Assembly (NCBI RefSeq): GCF_030684315.1
Contig: NC_081370.1
Span: 36,784,728 to 36,848,727, forward strand
From: Stegostoma tigrinum
Lineage: Eukaryota
Direction: 5' to 3'
DNA: 64,000 bases
Below the pieces are notes generated by a model that was given only the letters and a program-made list of their open reading frames with translations, was not told the origin of the DNA and made no database searches. The translations under genes were made by a program, and so were the position numbers. Positions 13,360 through 26,293 of the stretch are shown here, piece by piece. The first letter of the stretch is position 1. Each line of letters starts with the position of its first letter.

Positions 13360-14270
13360 CATATGACACAAAGGTTGGAGGTGTCGTTGATAGTATCGAG
13401 GGCTATTTCAGGCTTCAGCGTGACATTGACAGTATGCAGAGCTGGGCTGAGAAATGGCAGATGGAGTTAAACCTGGATAAATGAAAAGTGATGCATTTTG
13501 GAAGGTCGAATATAAATGCTGAATATAGGATTAAAGGCAGGATTCTCGGCAGTGTGGAGGAACAGCAGGATCTTGGTGTTGAAGTGCATAGCTCCCTCAA
13601 AGTTGCCACCCAAGTGGATAAGGTTGTTAAGAAAGCATATGGTGTTTTGGCTTTCATTAACAGGGGGATCGAGTTTAAAAGCCGTGAGGTTTTGCTGCAG
13701 CTCTACAAAACCCGGGTGAGACCACACTTGGAATATTGTGTCCAGTTCTGGTTGCCCTATTATAGGAAAGATGTGGAGGCTTTGGAGAGGGTGCAAAGGA
13801 GGTTTACCAGAATACTGCCTGGGCTGGAGGGCTTGTCTTATGAGGAGAGGTTGACTGAGCTCGGACTTTTCTCTCTGGAGAGAAGGAGGAAGAGAGGTGA
13901 CCTGATCGAGGTGTACAAGGTAAGGAGAGGCATGGATAGAGTCGATAGCCGGAGACTTTTCCCCAGGGCAGGATTGACTGCCAGGAGGGGTCATAGTTTT
14001 AAGGTCTTAGGAGGAAGGTATAGAGGAGATGTCAGAGGGACGCTCTTCACCCAGAGAATTGTGAGCACGTGGAATGCTTTGCCAGTGGTAGTCATGGAAG
14101 CAGAGTCATTAGTGACATTTAAGGCAACTGCTGGACATGCACATGGACAGCAGTGAATTGAGGGGAATGTAGGTCAGGTTATTTTATTTTTGGATGAGGA
14201 TTATTCCACGGCACAACATCGTGGGCCGAAGGGCCTATACTGTGCTGTGCTTTTCTATGTTCTATGTATG
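13360..14270 (+). mobile_element. CR1 LINE 3' fragment (relatively young)
   Basis: 222-aa ORF 13488-14156 with RPHLEYCVQFW and LFSLERRR..GDLIEVYK; ttctatgttctatg tail. Confidence 0.92.
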
Positions 14271-17200
14271 TTCTTTTTGTATATTATGTCCTTTCATAAC
14301 TCCCAAGGGTCACACAACCTTTTGGCAGTGCATGTAGCTGCCCTGACCCTTAGTCTCAATATTTATAGTCAGCCACGTAATACTTTAGAAAGCCAGGTGA
14401 AAAAGTGCCTAATCTTTAACATTTTAAATGACAAAGACACACATGCAAGCATGCGCTTCCAAACCCAGCAACTACAGTTTCAGATGTAATGTACCATATA
14501 TGCTGGAATTCTGAAATAAATGTGAATGAAGGAAATTCATTAAATGGGATATGACAAATAAACAGGCAAATAAATATCATTAGAGCTATTTGCTCATGAA
14601 GATAGCAAAAGGTCAACATAGCCTAATTGGACTGATTTCTCTGTTGTAGCTTCCATACATAGCTATTAAAAAAATGAGTTTTCATGATAAAATAACTGAG
14701 CACTGTTCAAGAAGCAGGGAAAGAAACTTTCCCAGGGCCCTTAGTCAACAAAGACAACCAGATTTTCTTTGACTTAAGAATAATTCATTGTAGATATGCA
14801 TGGAGAAGTTTGTGAGAAAGATAATGAAAATCATGAGAAATTCTGAGTCTGTGACTCAAGGGTAGCAGTCTCACCAGATGGTAAGATTATCATGTTTGAA
14901 GTCCCAATTTAGAGCTGAAGCATAAAATTTCAGCTGTCATTCCAGCATAATACTGAGGGAGTGTTGCACTATCAGAAGTACCATCTTCCAGATGAAACGT
15001 GGAGCTTGTAAACGTTGGTATTCGGTAGGACTTGGATGTACTCAAATAACAAGCAGACAACATTACTGTCCATCTAAACCAAGCAATTAGGAACTCAAAT
15101 CTTGTTGTTCTAAGCTGGAATGGGATTAGAATACAAGAAAAATGCATTGCTACAGTTGTACAGGGCTTGTTGAGTCCACATGTGCGATAGTGTGCAGAGT
15201 TTTGCTCTCTATATTGAAGGAATAATGTCTTTGTACATGGTCAGTACAGTGAAGGTTCACTAGATTGCTCTCTGGATAGAGCTTTCCGAAGATGAGAGGC
15301 TGAGGAAATTGTATTTGTGCTCTGTTGATACAGATGAATGAGATGTTATCTTATTGAAATATATAAAATTCTGAAAGGACTTGTTAGAGTAGACACCAAG
15401 GTGTTGTTTTCTCTAGCTGAGTGATTTAGAGCATGGAAGTTGATCATTTAGGACTGACATAAGCAGAAATGTCTTCAGCTACTTACTATTGCAGAACTTA
15501 TGGCCGAAAAGAGAGGCATCTTTCTGAAGATTTTCTTCTTGATGACACAGGGATAAACACGAGAATACCAAATCTTAAGCAACAACAACAATGGAAACAT
15601 TGGTTCCCCAAGCTCCCTAGCAGGTTGTGCATCCTAAATCAAACAGCATGATCTTTTGATTATTTGTAATAGATAGAGTAAAGAGTTTACCTCATTAGTC
15701 AGTGTTTGCCAATCCAAAACATAGGACCTACTGTTAGATACAGTTCTCTAACCAGTCAGCAGTAGCTAAATATTCTTGAGTGTGCTGGTGACACACTAAC
15801 AAGCAGTTTAAAATTATCGGTCATGCTTGTAATGTGGCTCATTTACACTTGCAAGAAGTTACATATATTCATATGGAGGGACCCATTCTCCACAAAAGAA
15901 AAGGAATATACTGAAGCCTTCCATCTTTTCTGAATAGCTTGTGTGTCTATAGTTCCCATTGCCTTTTCATAACAATGCCACAATCAATGATAACTCGCCA
16001 ATTAATCAGCAACCATTTTCTCCTGGAGTGTAAATTGCTGTACTCATTTGAAGTGTGACATTCTTGAATTTGTTCTGATCATTGCAGGATGAAAATCTTT
16101 CGCAACATAAATCCCTATCAGCAATATTCAAAATGAATAACACTTTGTAAAAAGGGCGCAGACATAGTGGAAAGGAAGGTTGGACTCTCTTAATTTATCA
16201 TTATTTCTTATCTCATTTTAGGTTAATGTGAATGGCACCGTGTACATATGGTAAATGTACACGCTTTTCACAGTATTTTTACATTGAATACATGTGACAA
16301 TAAATGATTCAAGTAGACTGAATTACCAAGTCATGGTTTCAGAATAGGACAAAGACTATAAAGGTAAGCTTGCCACAGTTTTGCTCTCTCATTAACAGAA
16401 GAGAGACAATTGGTGCCAGTTTAACCTGAGGGTCACTATGTCCTCAGGTGAAGATGAAAAGCAAAGTCCTTCATGGTAACCCCAGCTAGTGTAGGAATTG
16501 AACTTGAACTGTTGATGTTACTGTGTCACAATCCGGACATCTAGCCAAATGATCTAACCAATTTCCGAACGGACATATATGAGGAGAATTTCAATCACAC
16601 CAAAAGTTGCATGCAGTTGTGTTTTATTACTTCAAAGAACTATGGATGGTGAGTCATTGAATGTCTTCAAGATAGAGATCAATACATATTTGGACAGTAA
16701 AGGAATTGAGAAGCATGAGGCTAGGGCAGGAAATTATAGCTGAAATCAAAGATTGGCCATGATATTGAATAGCAGATCCAATTTACTGGACTACATTGTC
16801 TGCTCCAACTCCTAATTCTTAAACATAGAGTTTGCTCTGGCAATGATAAAAATTGATTAAACTCTATCACCAAATGTTTCACACCAAGAGTGAATTATAA
16901 TATTGAAACCTTTGGAACTTCTTGGTTTGGGATGAATAATTTACAGAGTCTGTTGATCTGTTTAAAGAGCAACAGTAATGCTTCTCCATCACGTGAAAGG
17001 ACTATTTTTTCCTGTTCTAATACAGTAGTCTCCCTCCATCAAAGCAAACTTGTGATCAGTTTACTCTTAGAGACAGTACAGATACCATTTACAAAGAAAA
17101 CTGGGCAGTGCATTCAGTCAGATATGGTTTGCAACTTTGCTTTTGAAAGTCTTGGGTTTTGTGCATGTTTCAATTATTGGATTACATTCAATTTGGACTG

Positions 17201-18060
17201 CCTCAATTGAAACCTGCTGTGGGCTAGAACCACAATTTTTGACCTGGGCAATATCTCACGGTCACTCATTCACTGTCAATTTCCACAGTCTGTGTTGGAT
17301 TTTATCAGTTCTATCCAGTGTTCTTCACCACAGATACCACTTTGATCACAGGTGGGGCTGGCACCTCAAAAGCCCACAAACCACAGGAGAGAGGGGAGCA
17401 AAGGAGTCAATAAACTGTTTGCATTTAATGCTTCCCCATTGTACAGCTAGGAAAAATGACCAAGTTTGGGAGGACAAACAAACTTTTGGAATCCATATAT
17501 CAATTGTCAGGACAAAGAAAGACTGGAACCAGGAAGTATTGGAAGAAAAGGCTAATGTGGCACTAAAGGGACAGACTGATGGGGCATTACGAGGACAATC
17601 TGATGGAGCTCCAGACCGATGGGGCATTGGGGGAACAGACAGATATGGCATTAGGGAAATTGACTAGGGCATGAAGAAGTCAGGGAGCGCTTTCGGGAGA
17701 GAGAAAGATGGGGCTTATAGGGGACAGAATCTGGGCATTGGGGCAAACAGATAGTGCTTTAGGGAGACAGACAAATGGTGCTTTACAGGGATGGACGGAT
17801 GGGGAATTGGAGAGACGTGCTGATGGACATTAGAGCCAGACTGATGCAGAATGAACTGGTCCCAGAATTAAAAACACAACCTGGGTTATTACGAAATGGT
17901 CATGGGCCAAGGGTTTTTCATTAACATGAGACTTTCAGAATTGAATCAAGCTGGTCCAGGCATCTAGGTTATAGAAAGGGGTGGGATAAGAGAGTGAGAA
18001 TGCGGAGAAAGGGAAGTTGCAGGTCACCGACTCTGCAGAGTGGATGGAGTTAAATCTTAC

Positions 18061-18298
18061 CTTGTAGGTGTTGATTTACAACGCTCTCCAGTCGATCTAA
18101 CCTTTCCCTCAGCCTTTGGTTCTCCCTCTTGTCCTCTCCCAGTTTAAGTTCAGGTAAGGGCGGCTGCACTTTGATGTATCCGCTGCCCTGGTAGTTGGTC
18201 ATCCAGCCGACATAGATGAGGCACAGCAGATTGCTGACTCCGCTCAGGATCACACAAGTGGAGACCAAAGTTTTAGTTTTCCTGCCACAGTAACCCAT
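18061..18298 (-). CDS. GALNT18: Polypeptide N-acetylgalactosaminyltransferase 18-like, first coding exon (cytoplasmic tail, TM anchor, stem)
   Basis: MGYCGRKTKTLVSTCVILSGVSNLLCLIYVGWMTNY...ERLDRLESVVNQHLQ closely resembles the vertebrate GALNT18 N-terminus (MVCTRKTKTLVSTCVILSGMTNIICLLYVGWVTNY...ERLDHLENVIKQHIQ, recalled). 238 nt, ending at a phase-1 donor CAAG|GTAAGA. No further exon was recognised in 1-18000. Could be a paralogue. Confidence 0.9.
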
Positions 18299-18379
18299 GT
18301 TTGCAGCAGTACGGAGATGGAGCGACCTCTTTCTCTCTCCAGTCTCCTGGAATTTCACAGGTCAATTTCCGCAGCCAGG

Positions 18380-18960
18380 AAATTCCCAATCAGCTGGAAA
18401 CTGACGCGGGGACATCCTTCCAGACCAAGATTGTTTACATTCTGCTGTAAATGTGGATCAACCCAACTCCTGCAGCGGCTTTTATTGTCAGGCTGCGAGT
18501 TCGGGGGTTCGGTTTCAGAGAGACTCAGTCTCTCTCTCCTTGTCTATCTCCCGCCTCCTTCCCCAATGCCTCTCGGAGATTAATCCGGAGGAGAGCAAGG
18601 TAGACCGGCTTGCAGGCTCGTGATTGCCGGGGAGCAGGCTCCCTCTGTTTCACACCCAGGTTTGAGGGTGGGTTTGGGATCCCGGGGATTTGGGGGTGGA
18701 GGTCCTGGGTGCGGGGGGGGGGGGGGGGGGTGAGCTTCCCCAGGCGGTAGTTCTCGGTAGGCAAAAGGCAGAGAGTTTAATGTGGGGAGAGAGGCTGACG
18801 ACCCGACTCTAACACTGTCTCCCGCCGCCTCTAATCTCTCCGGCTGTTTAACTGGCTCCATCTGCGGGTTGAATGGACCATTTACTCGGGGTAGCAGAGC
18901 CCACTCCACACACACATCCATTTGAACACAGTGCTGTGAATGACGGTCTGGGTGATGGGT
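18380..18960 (-). promoter_or_regulatory. CpG/GC-rich 5' UTR and promoter region of the GALNT18-like gene
   Basis: Local CpG enrichment directly upstream of the ATG, G-tracts and a poly-G run at 18713-18730. Confidence 0.55.
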
Positions 18961-20675
18961 GTGGGGATGAGATTGCTCGGGAGCTGTAAACAGGGCATGA
19001 ATCGCTTGAGCATTGAGCAACACTGAGGAAGGTCTCCTCTCTGAACATCTTTAAATTTGTGCCTATTATGTGGCCGGTTTTAATACTTTCCGTTACGACT
19101 CTATAAGTTAAAATCCACTCCGTGTTGGTGTTAACCATGTCATGTCATTGCAGAAGCCCAGTGTATCCAGAGCTCATCCTTCGAGCCTACAGTTTATTCT
19201 TCACACCATATTTGACTCTGTTAAAAAGTCAGTTTAATACATTTAGGATCAGTTCGCCCTCCTAGTGAAGTGACAACAATGCTCATCAGCATTTTACATA
19301 TTCCAACAACCATGTTGTCCTTCCTTTGAATTCACTGCAGCAAAATATCCTTTACATTAGTCCGGATATTCAGTATAATCTGAAATAAACAAATGCAGAT
19401 GGTGGTCTAAAACCTTCATCAGAAGAATCACTGGACTTGAAATGTTTGCTCTGCTTTCTTCCCACAGTTGATGCCAAGTGAGCTGAGTTTCACCAGCAAT
19501 TTCTGTTTTTGTTCCAGATCTTCAGTGCTGCGTTTATAAAGATTCCAGCCTCTACCGCTACTGTGCACTGCAGTCTCCATCTAAACCAACAAGTGAAGAT
19601 TTAATAAGTATGAACTATTGGACAGAGAACTGGAGAAGGGACAAGAATATGGCAAAAATATAATCAGATTATCAACACATATTTATATATCACTTTGATG
19701 AAACATCCCAAGATGCTTCACAGGAACATTAAATAAAATCCTGATTTTGAGACCTCTTGGTCAGCTGACTAATAGCTTGGTCAAAAAGGAAGGCTTTTAA
19801 GAAATGTTTAAAGGAGACAAAACCGAAACGTCAGCTTTCCTGCTCCTCTGATGCTGCTTGGCCTGCTGTGTTCATCCAGCTCCACATTTTGTTATGTCTA
19901 GAGAATGGAGAGGGTCAAGGGGTTAAGTTCCATAATTTAAGATCAAAGCAATTGAAGATATGGCAACCAAGGGCAGAACAATTGTGATTGGGAATGCACA
20001 AGAGGAACACCAAGGTCTCAGAAAATTGTGGGTTGGACAGGATCATAGGGATAGGCAGGGATGAAGCCATGGAGGGATTTGTAAACAAGGTTGAGGGGTG
20101 GACTTGTTGAGAGTCAGGACATGGGCAGCAAAGTTGTGATTGACCTCAAGTTTTAAAGAGAGTCAAAAAGACCAAAAACTACTATAGGTCAGGGTAACTG
20201 ACAATACAACTGCTGCAAAACAAATTGCTGTGATTCACTAAACACACATCAGGCAAATACTTCATGATCCTACATAATAAATGGAGGATTATAAATCCAT
20301 TAGCTTCCTTTAACAGTGGATTCTCTCGAGAGATGGTGTATTAAGAAAATACGTACGGACTTGCATTTCTATAGTAAAAGCAAAATACACTGGATGTTGG
20401 TAATTTGAAATAAAAACTGAAAGTGCTGAAGAAACTTATTATGTCTGGCAGCATCTGTGGAAAGAGAAAAAAACAAAATATTTCAAGTCCAAAATAACTT
20501 CTTCAGAACTAATATCTAATATCGAAAGAATTCTAAAGAAGTATTAAATCAAGCTTGAAACAGTAACTTGTTCCTCTTCAAAGTTGCTGCCAGATGTTTT
20601 AATTTCTTCCACTAATTTTTGTTTCTATTGAATTTTTGTGGTACCTATCACAACTTCAAGCCCCCAAATGATTTA

Positions 20676-21715
20676 TAGGAAGTCCCTGATTTACAAGCAT
20701 ACAACTTACGAATGCTTGTACTTGGAATTATATTTTAATTTAAGTACAGATGACATGAATACAGTGAAAATTGTTCAATATTGACATTCCCTTTACCATC
20801 TTAGGTACAAAGCTACCTAGATACAAAATATTCGGTACAAAGCAGAAAAACAAAGAAGCAAAGTTAAAGGTTAAACATTACAGTCCTTTTTAGTATTAAG
20901 TGGAAATGCAAAGAAATAAAGTTAAAAGTTCAATAGTCTTTCTAAAGTGCTTAGCCATGCTTGAACTTACAAGGGTTCAATCTCCTCCGATTTGGTCCCC
21001 TCTCCAAGAGACCTCAGACTGCCTGCCTGCCGCCACCACTGCCACAAATGTCGGGGGAACGTCCCTTGCTGCCACCACAGATGCCAGGAGAACCTCCCTC
21101 ACTTCCACCACAGATGCGAGGAGGATCTCCCTTGCTGCCTCCACAGATGCCAGGAGGACCTCCCTTGCTGCCATCACAGATGCCAGGAGGACCTTCCTCA
21201 CTACCACCACAGATACCAGGAGGACCTCCTTCACTGCCACTGCAGATGCCAGGAGGACCTTTCTCACTGCCATTTTGGGCTCGCTCTTCCGACATTGGGC
21301 TTGATCTCCAATGTCAAAGTCCTGATCCAGGCCCCCAGCTGCTGCCACGCTCTGGACCCAACAAAGCCTCGATGCTGTTGCCACTTCTGCCTGCACAACC
21401 GAGCTCTCATTTAATTACATCTTGGCAAAGAAGCTGTGGCAGTCACATCCAGTCGTCAGCAAATTAGTCCGAGGCTCTACGATTGGGGATCCTGATGAAT
21501 ACAGAAAGTAAGCCCCATACAAACTACCACCATCTTGGTGCTATCATGAAAGAGTGAACTCAATTCCATACAGCAGTGTTTTAACATTAATTTTGAAGAT
21601 CTGACATGCAAACATTTCTTCAGACTTATGAACAGTTATTATGGTCTGACTTACACACAAATTGACTTGCAAGTATAGTCAGGAAGGGACCTGTTTGCTA
21701 CCTGGGGACTGCCTG
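20676..21715. mobile_element. Putative Tigger/pogo-like non-autonomous DNA transposon with internal insertion
   Basis: TA|taggaagtccctgatttac at the left and ggggactgcctg|TA at the right resemble imperfect TIRs with a TA target duplication. Confidence 0.45.
21035..21270. repeat. 33-bp minisatellite, about 7 copies
   Basis: Unit approximately accacagatgccaggaggacctcccttgctgcc; gives 11-aa periodicity in five overlapping ORFs. Confidence 0.92.
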
Positions 21716-21779
21716 TACAGTCAATAATGTATTTGGACGTGTTGTCACTGTGATAGTGTAGGAACTGTGGCAGCAAATT

Positions 21780-22980
21780 CACTCACAGCCTTGAATACTT
21801 AAAGACCTAGCATTGGCAGCCCTCTGTGATAAAGAATTCCATGGATTCACAACCATCTGAGGGAAGAAATTCCTCCTCATCTCTGCCTTAAATGGGTGAC
21901 TCCTTTCTCTGAGATCATGCTTTTTGGTCCCTATCCCAGAAAGGGATAAAAACCTTTCCCTATATTCCCTGTTTAGCTCCCTAAGAATCTTACATGTTTC
22001 AATAAAATCACCTCTCATTCTTCTAAACTCCAATAACGACAGGCTCAACCTACTCAACTTCTCCTCATAAGACAGTCTCTTCATATCTGGTACCAGCCTG
22101 GTGAACCTTCTCTGCCAATATATTCTTCCTTAGATACGTGGACCATAACTGCTCACAGTATTCCAGCTATAATTGACTAGTGCCTTGTACAACTTCCTAA
22201 ATTCTATATGCTAGTCCTTTTCAAATAAAGGCTAACAATCCATTTGTCTTCCCTATTTTCAGCTGAACTTGCATGCTATCTTTTTGTAATTTATGCACAC
22301 GGACTCTTAAATCCCTCTGTCCTGGAGCTTTCTGTTGTCTTTCTCCAATTAAATAATATTCAGCACCTCTCTTCTTCTTGCCAAAGTGCACAACCTCACA
22401 TTTTTCAGCATTATATTGCATCTGCTAAATTTTTGCCCAGTCACTAAACCTGCAATATCTCCCTATCAACACTTTGTGTCATCCTCACCTCTTGCCTTCC
22501 CATCTATTTTCATGTCATTCACAATCTTGGCTACAGTACATTTACTTTTCTCATCCAAATCATTTTTATATATTGTGAATAATTGTGGACCCAGCACTAG
22601 TCATTATGGCACTTCACTAGTTGCAGGTTGCCATCCTAAAAGTGTCCCCTTATCTCAACTCTCTGGTTTCTAATAGTTACCCGATCCTCTATTCATACAG
22701 ATATACACCATGGGTTCTTATTAAATAGCCTAATGTATGGTACCACATCAAACACCTTGTAGAAATCCAGATACATTACATCCACTGATTCCCCTTTATC
22801 CAGTTTATTACTTCCTCAAAGAATTCTAGTAAATTTGTCATGCATAATTTCCCATTCATGAAGCTATGTTGGATCTGCTTGATTACAGTATGTATTTCGA
22901 AATGTACTGATAGCACATCCTTTATAATAAATTCTAACATTTTCTCAATAACATTTGTTAATCTAACTGGCCTACATGTA
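21780..22980 (-). mobile_element. CR1 LINE fragment (RT to 3' region), decayed
   Basis: ORFs 21779-22084 and 22221-22421 (KCEVVHFG, RDL.V.VH, RRNFF.Q.VVN.WNSL). Confidence 0.85.
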
Positions 22981-23046
22981 GCTATTAACCTTGAATTTGT
23001 TGGGTTAGCTGAAATAAAATGACATATGAAATGAAAACAGATGAAA

Positions 23047-23668
23047 GAGATAATGGGAACTGCAGATGCTGGAGAATACGAGATAACAAAGTGTGGAGCT
23101 GGATGAACTCAGCAGGCCAAGCAGCATCTTAGGAGCACAAAAGCTAACATTTCAGGCCTAGACCCTTCATCAGAAAAGGGGGATGGAGAGAGGGGGAGGC
23201 GGACCGAAGATGGATAGAGGAGAAGATAGGTGGAGAGGAGAGTATGGGTGGGGAGGTAGGGAGGGGATAGGTCAGTCCGCGGAGGATGGACAGGTCAAAA
23301 GGGCGGGATGAGGTTAGAAGGTAGGAAATGGAGGCGCAACTTGAGGTGGGAGGAGGGGAAAGGTGAGAGGAAGAACAGGTTAGGCAGGCGGGGACGAGCT
23401 GGGCTGGTTTTGGGATGCAGTGGGGGAAGGGGATATTTTGAAGCTGGTGAAATCCACATTGATACCATTGGGCTGCAGGGTTCCCAAGCAGAATATGAGT
23501 TGCTGTTCCTGCAACCTACGGGTGGCAACATTATGGCACTGCAGGAGGCCCAGGATGGACATGTCATCTAAGGAATGGGAGGGGGAGTTGAAATGGTTTG
23601 CGACTGGGAGGTGCAGTTGTTTATTGCGAACCAAGCGGAGGTGTTCTGCAAAGCGGTCCCCAAGCCTT
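23047..23668 (-). mobile_element. PLE family A (older subfamily), 5'-truncated
   Basis: HLPVANHFNSPSHS...QQLIFCLGTLQPNGIN; hammerhead-like motif at 23146-23173(-). Confidence 0.88.
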
Positions 23669-24124
23669 CTTGATTGGAATGCTAATCAATTTGATGGTGT
23701 TCTAATGATTAGAAAAGTCACTGGTTGTAATGTTTCTGAAACAATGCGTGTGTTTAATTAGTGTTTAAACTCAGCTGTAATGGACTAAACTGTCACAGTA
23801 ACTCTGAAACAAAAACTGAGGAAGGGTCACCAGACACAATACATTAACTCTCTTTTTTTCCTTCACGTATGCTGCCAGACCTGCTGGGCTTTTCCAGCAA
23901 ATTTGGTTTTGTTCCAGTAACTCTGAAAGTCTGGAGTCCTGTTTTAAAATAGAAATAGTGAATCAGATGTGATAGTGCGACTATTATCAACCAAAAAGCG
24001 AGGGCTTGATCAGAAGAGATAGTAGGAACTGCCGATGCTGGAGAATCTGAGATAACAAGGTGTAGAATTGATGAACACAGCAGGCCAGGCAGCATCAGAG
24101 GAGTAAGAAGGCTGACATTTGATC

Positions 24125-24712
24125 ATAAGATAGGAGTACTGCAACAAGTAACTCACCTCCTGATTCCACAAAGCTTGTTCACCATCTACAAAGCACAAGT
24201 CAGGAGTGTGGTGGAATACTTGCCACCTGCCTGGATGAGTGCAGCCCCAAACAACACTCAAGAAGCTTGACACCATCCAGGACAAAGCAGCCCACTTGAT
24301 TGATACATCCACAAGTATCCACTCCCTCCACCACTGATACTCAGCAGCAGCAGTGTGTACTACCTACAAGATGCTCTGCAGAAATTCACCAAAGATCCTC
24401 AGACAGCACCTCCCAAATCCACGACCACTTGCGTCAAGAAAGACAAGGGCAGCAGATATATGGGAACGCCACCACCTCCAGTTCCACGCCAAGTCACTCA
24501 GCATCCTGACTTGGAGACATACCACCATTCCTTCACTGTTGCTGCTTCAAAATCCTGAAATTCCCTCCCTAATGGCATTGTGGGTCAACCCACAGCAGGA
24601 GGACTGCAGCGATTCAAGAAGACAGCTCACCACCGCCTTCTCAAGGGCAACGAGGGCTGGGGAAGAAACGCTGGCCCAGCTAGCAATGTCCACATCCCAC
24701 AAATGAATAGAA
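24125..24712 (+). mobile_element. L2/CR1-group LINE 3' end with TGAA-type tail
   Basis: IYKAQVRS.VEY and KLDTIQDKAA motifs; ends cacatcccacaaatgaata. Confidence 0.7.
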
Positions 24713-25946
24713 AAACAATTGTGCTGTGTAAATATTAAACAGCAGATTAAATGGCATAAAGATGGCAACACCAGAGCAAGCTAAGGCTGAGTCTGAAGCT
24801 AGTTAAAATTAAGAGGTGAGCCTCTTCCAGAGAAAAAACAAATAAGTCCTAATTAATAATGGATCAAACTGATAGTAGAAAACATGGCACATTTGGACAC
24901 ATTTGTGATTTTTGCCAGTGGTCACACTGATCAAATTGCTGCAGACTGGACAGTGCCAAAGTTTGATCACATAGTCTTGCTTATATGGAAGAAAGTTCAA
25001 CCAAAGCCTGCCAGATAGCAATGGTTAGCTAGTTCGGGACAGAGTCACCTGAGTAACGACTGGAGGTTCAGACAGAGCAGATCCTCAGGCAAGTCCACAG
25101 AAACCGGTTCACTGGTGCTTGTAAGCATTGTGCAGGTAAGTTTGTGATGAATGACTATTTTTCCAGTGTTTTGTAGTGTGCTTTGCTTTAATAAAGAACA
25201 TTGGGAATATTCCGTTGTTAGGACTGCAGGGTTATTGATTTACAGGATAAACCCAACTGACCTTGGAAAATGGGGACAGAAGCCTGCCTGCATATATAGT
25301 TACACTTCTTTAGTCTCTTTCCGTTTTGAATAAATGTATTACATTGGAAGTTTACCAATCCTCTGGAACTTTTCCATAACCTAAGAATTCCTGGAAGATT
25401 ACTACCAAGACATCCACTACCTCTGTAGCTACTACTTTTGATATCCTAGGATGTATTCCGTCAGGTGCAGGGGATTATTGGGGATTTAGCCTTATTAGTT
25501 TTCCTTGCACATTTTCTCTAGTAACAGTTATTGCATTTATTTTGCCTTCCTTTTTTGCCCCTTGAATGTATAGTATTTTTGGAATGACAGTCATGTCTTC
25601 TACAATAAAACCTGAATCTGTTCTTGTAGTTTTTCTAAGCTGTTAAACAGGGATCCAGGATTGTATTGGCCTTGCAACAATGTAAAACATCTTCTGTTGG
25701 GGTGAGAGTGGTTCAATGGGAGGAGAAGAAGGCTCCACAGTAAGCTGTAGGCATTCTGTTCCTTTTCTTTACAAACCAGTCTCTTTAGAAAGTAAAATCA
25801 AAAACAGGTTGTGACTGAAATCTCAAAATTCTTGAATTTGAATTTTAAAGACTGCAGGCCGACTGGTTACAGATGTTTGGCTTTGGCTCTGTCCTGCAGT
25901 GCCATCTGCTGTCGCTCCTGGCTTGTCCAGTTTTCATTAGATAGAG

Positions 25947-26293
25947 NNNNNNNNNNNNNNNNNNNNNNNNNNNNNNNNNNNNNNNNNNNNNNNNNNNNNN
26001 NNNNNNNNNNNNNNNNNNNNNNNNNNNNNNNNNNNNNNNNNNNNNNNNNNNNNNNNNNNNNNNNNNNNNNNNNNNNNNNNNNNNNNNNNNNNNNNNNNNN
26101 NNNNNNNNNNNNNNNNNNNNNNNNNNNNNNNNNNNNNNNNNNNNNNNNNNNNNNNNNNNNNNNNNNNNNNNNNNNNNNNNNNNNNNNNNNNNNNNNNNNN
26201 NNNNNNNNNNNNNNNNNNNNNNNNNNNNNNNNNNNNNNNNNNNNNNNNNNNNNNNNNNNNNNNNNNNNNNNNNNNNNNNNNNNNNNNNNNNNN
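25947..26293. other. Assembly gap (347 N)
   Basis: Run of N bases. Confidence 1.

Noticed and set aside
17137-17830. 176-aa ORF and degenerate ~21-bp purine-rich repeat (gggacagac.gatggggca)
   Set aside because: Low-complexity decayed minisatellite in the intron, antisense to the gene; no recognisable protein.
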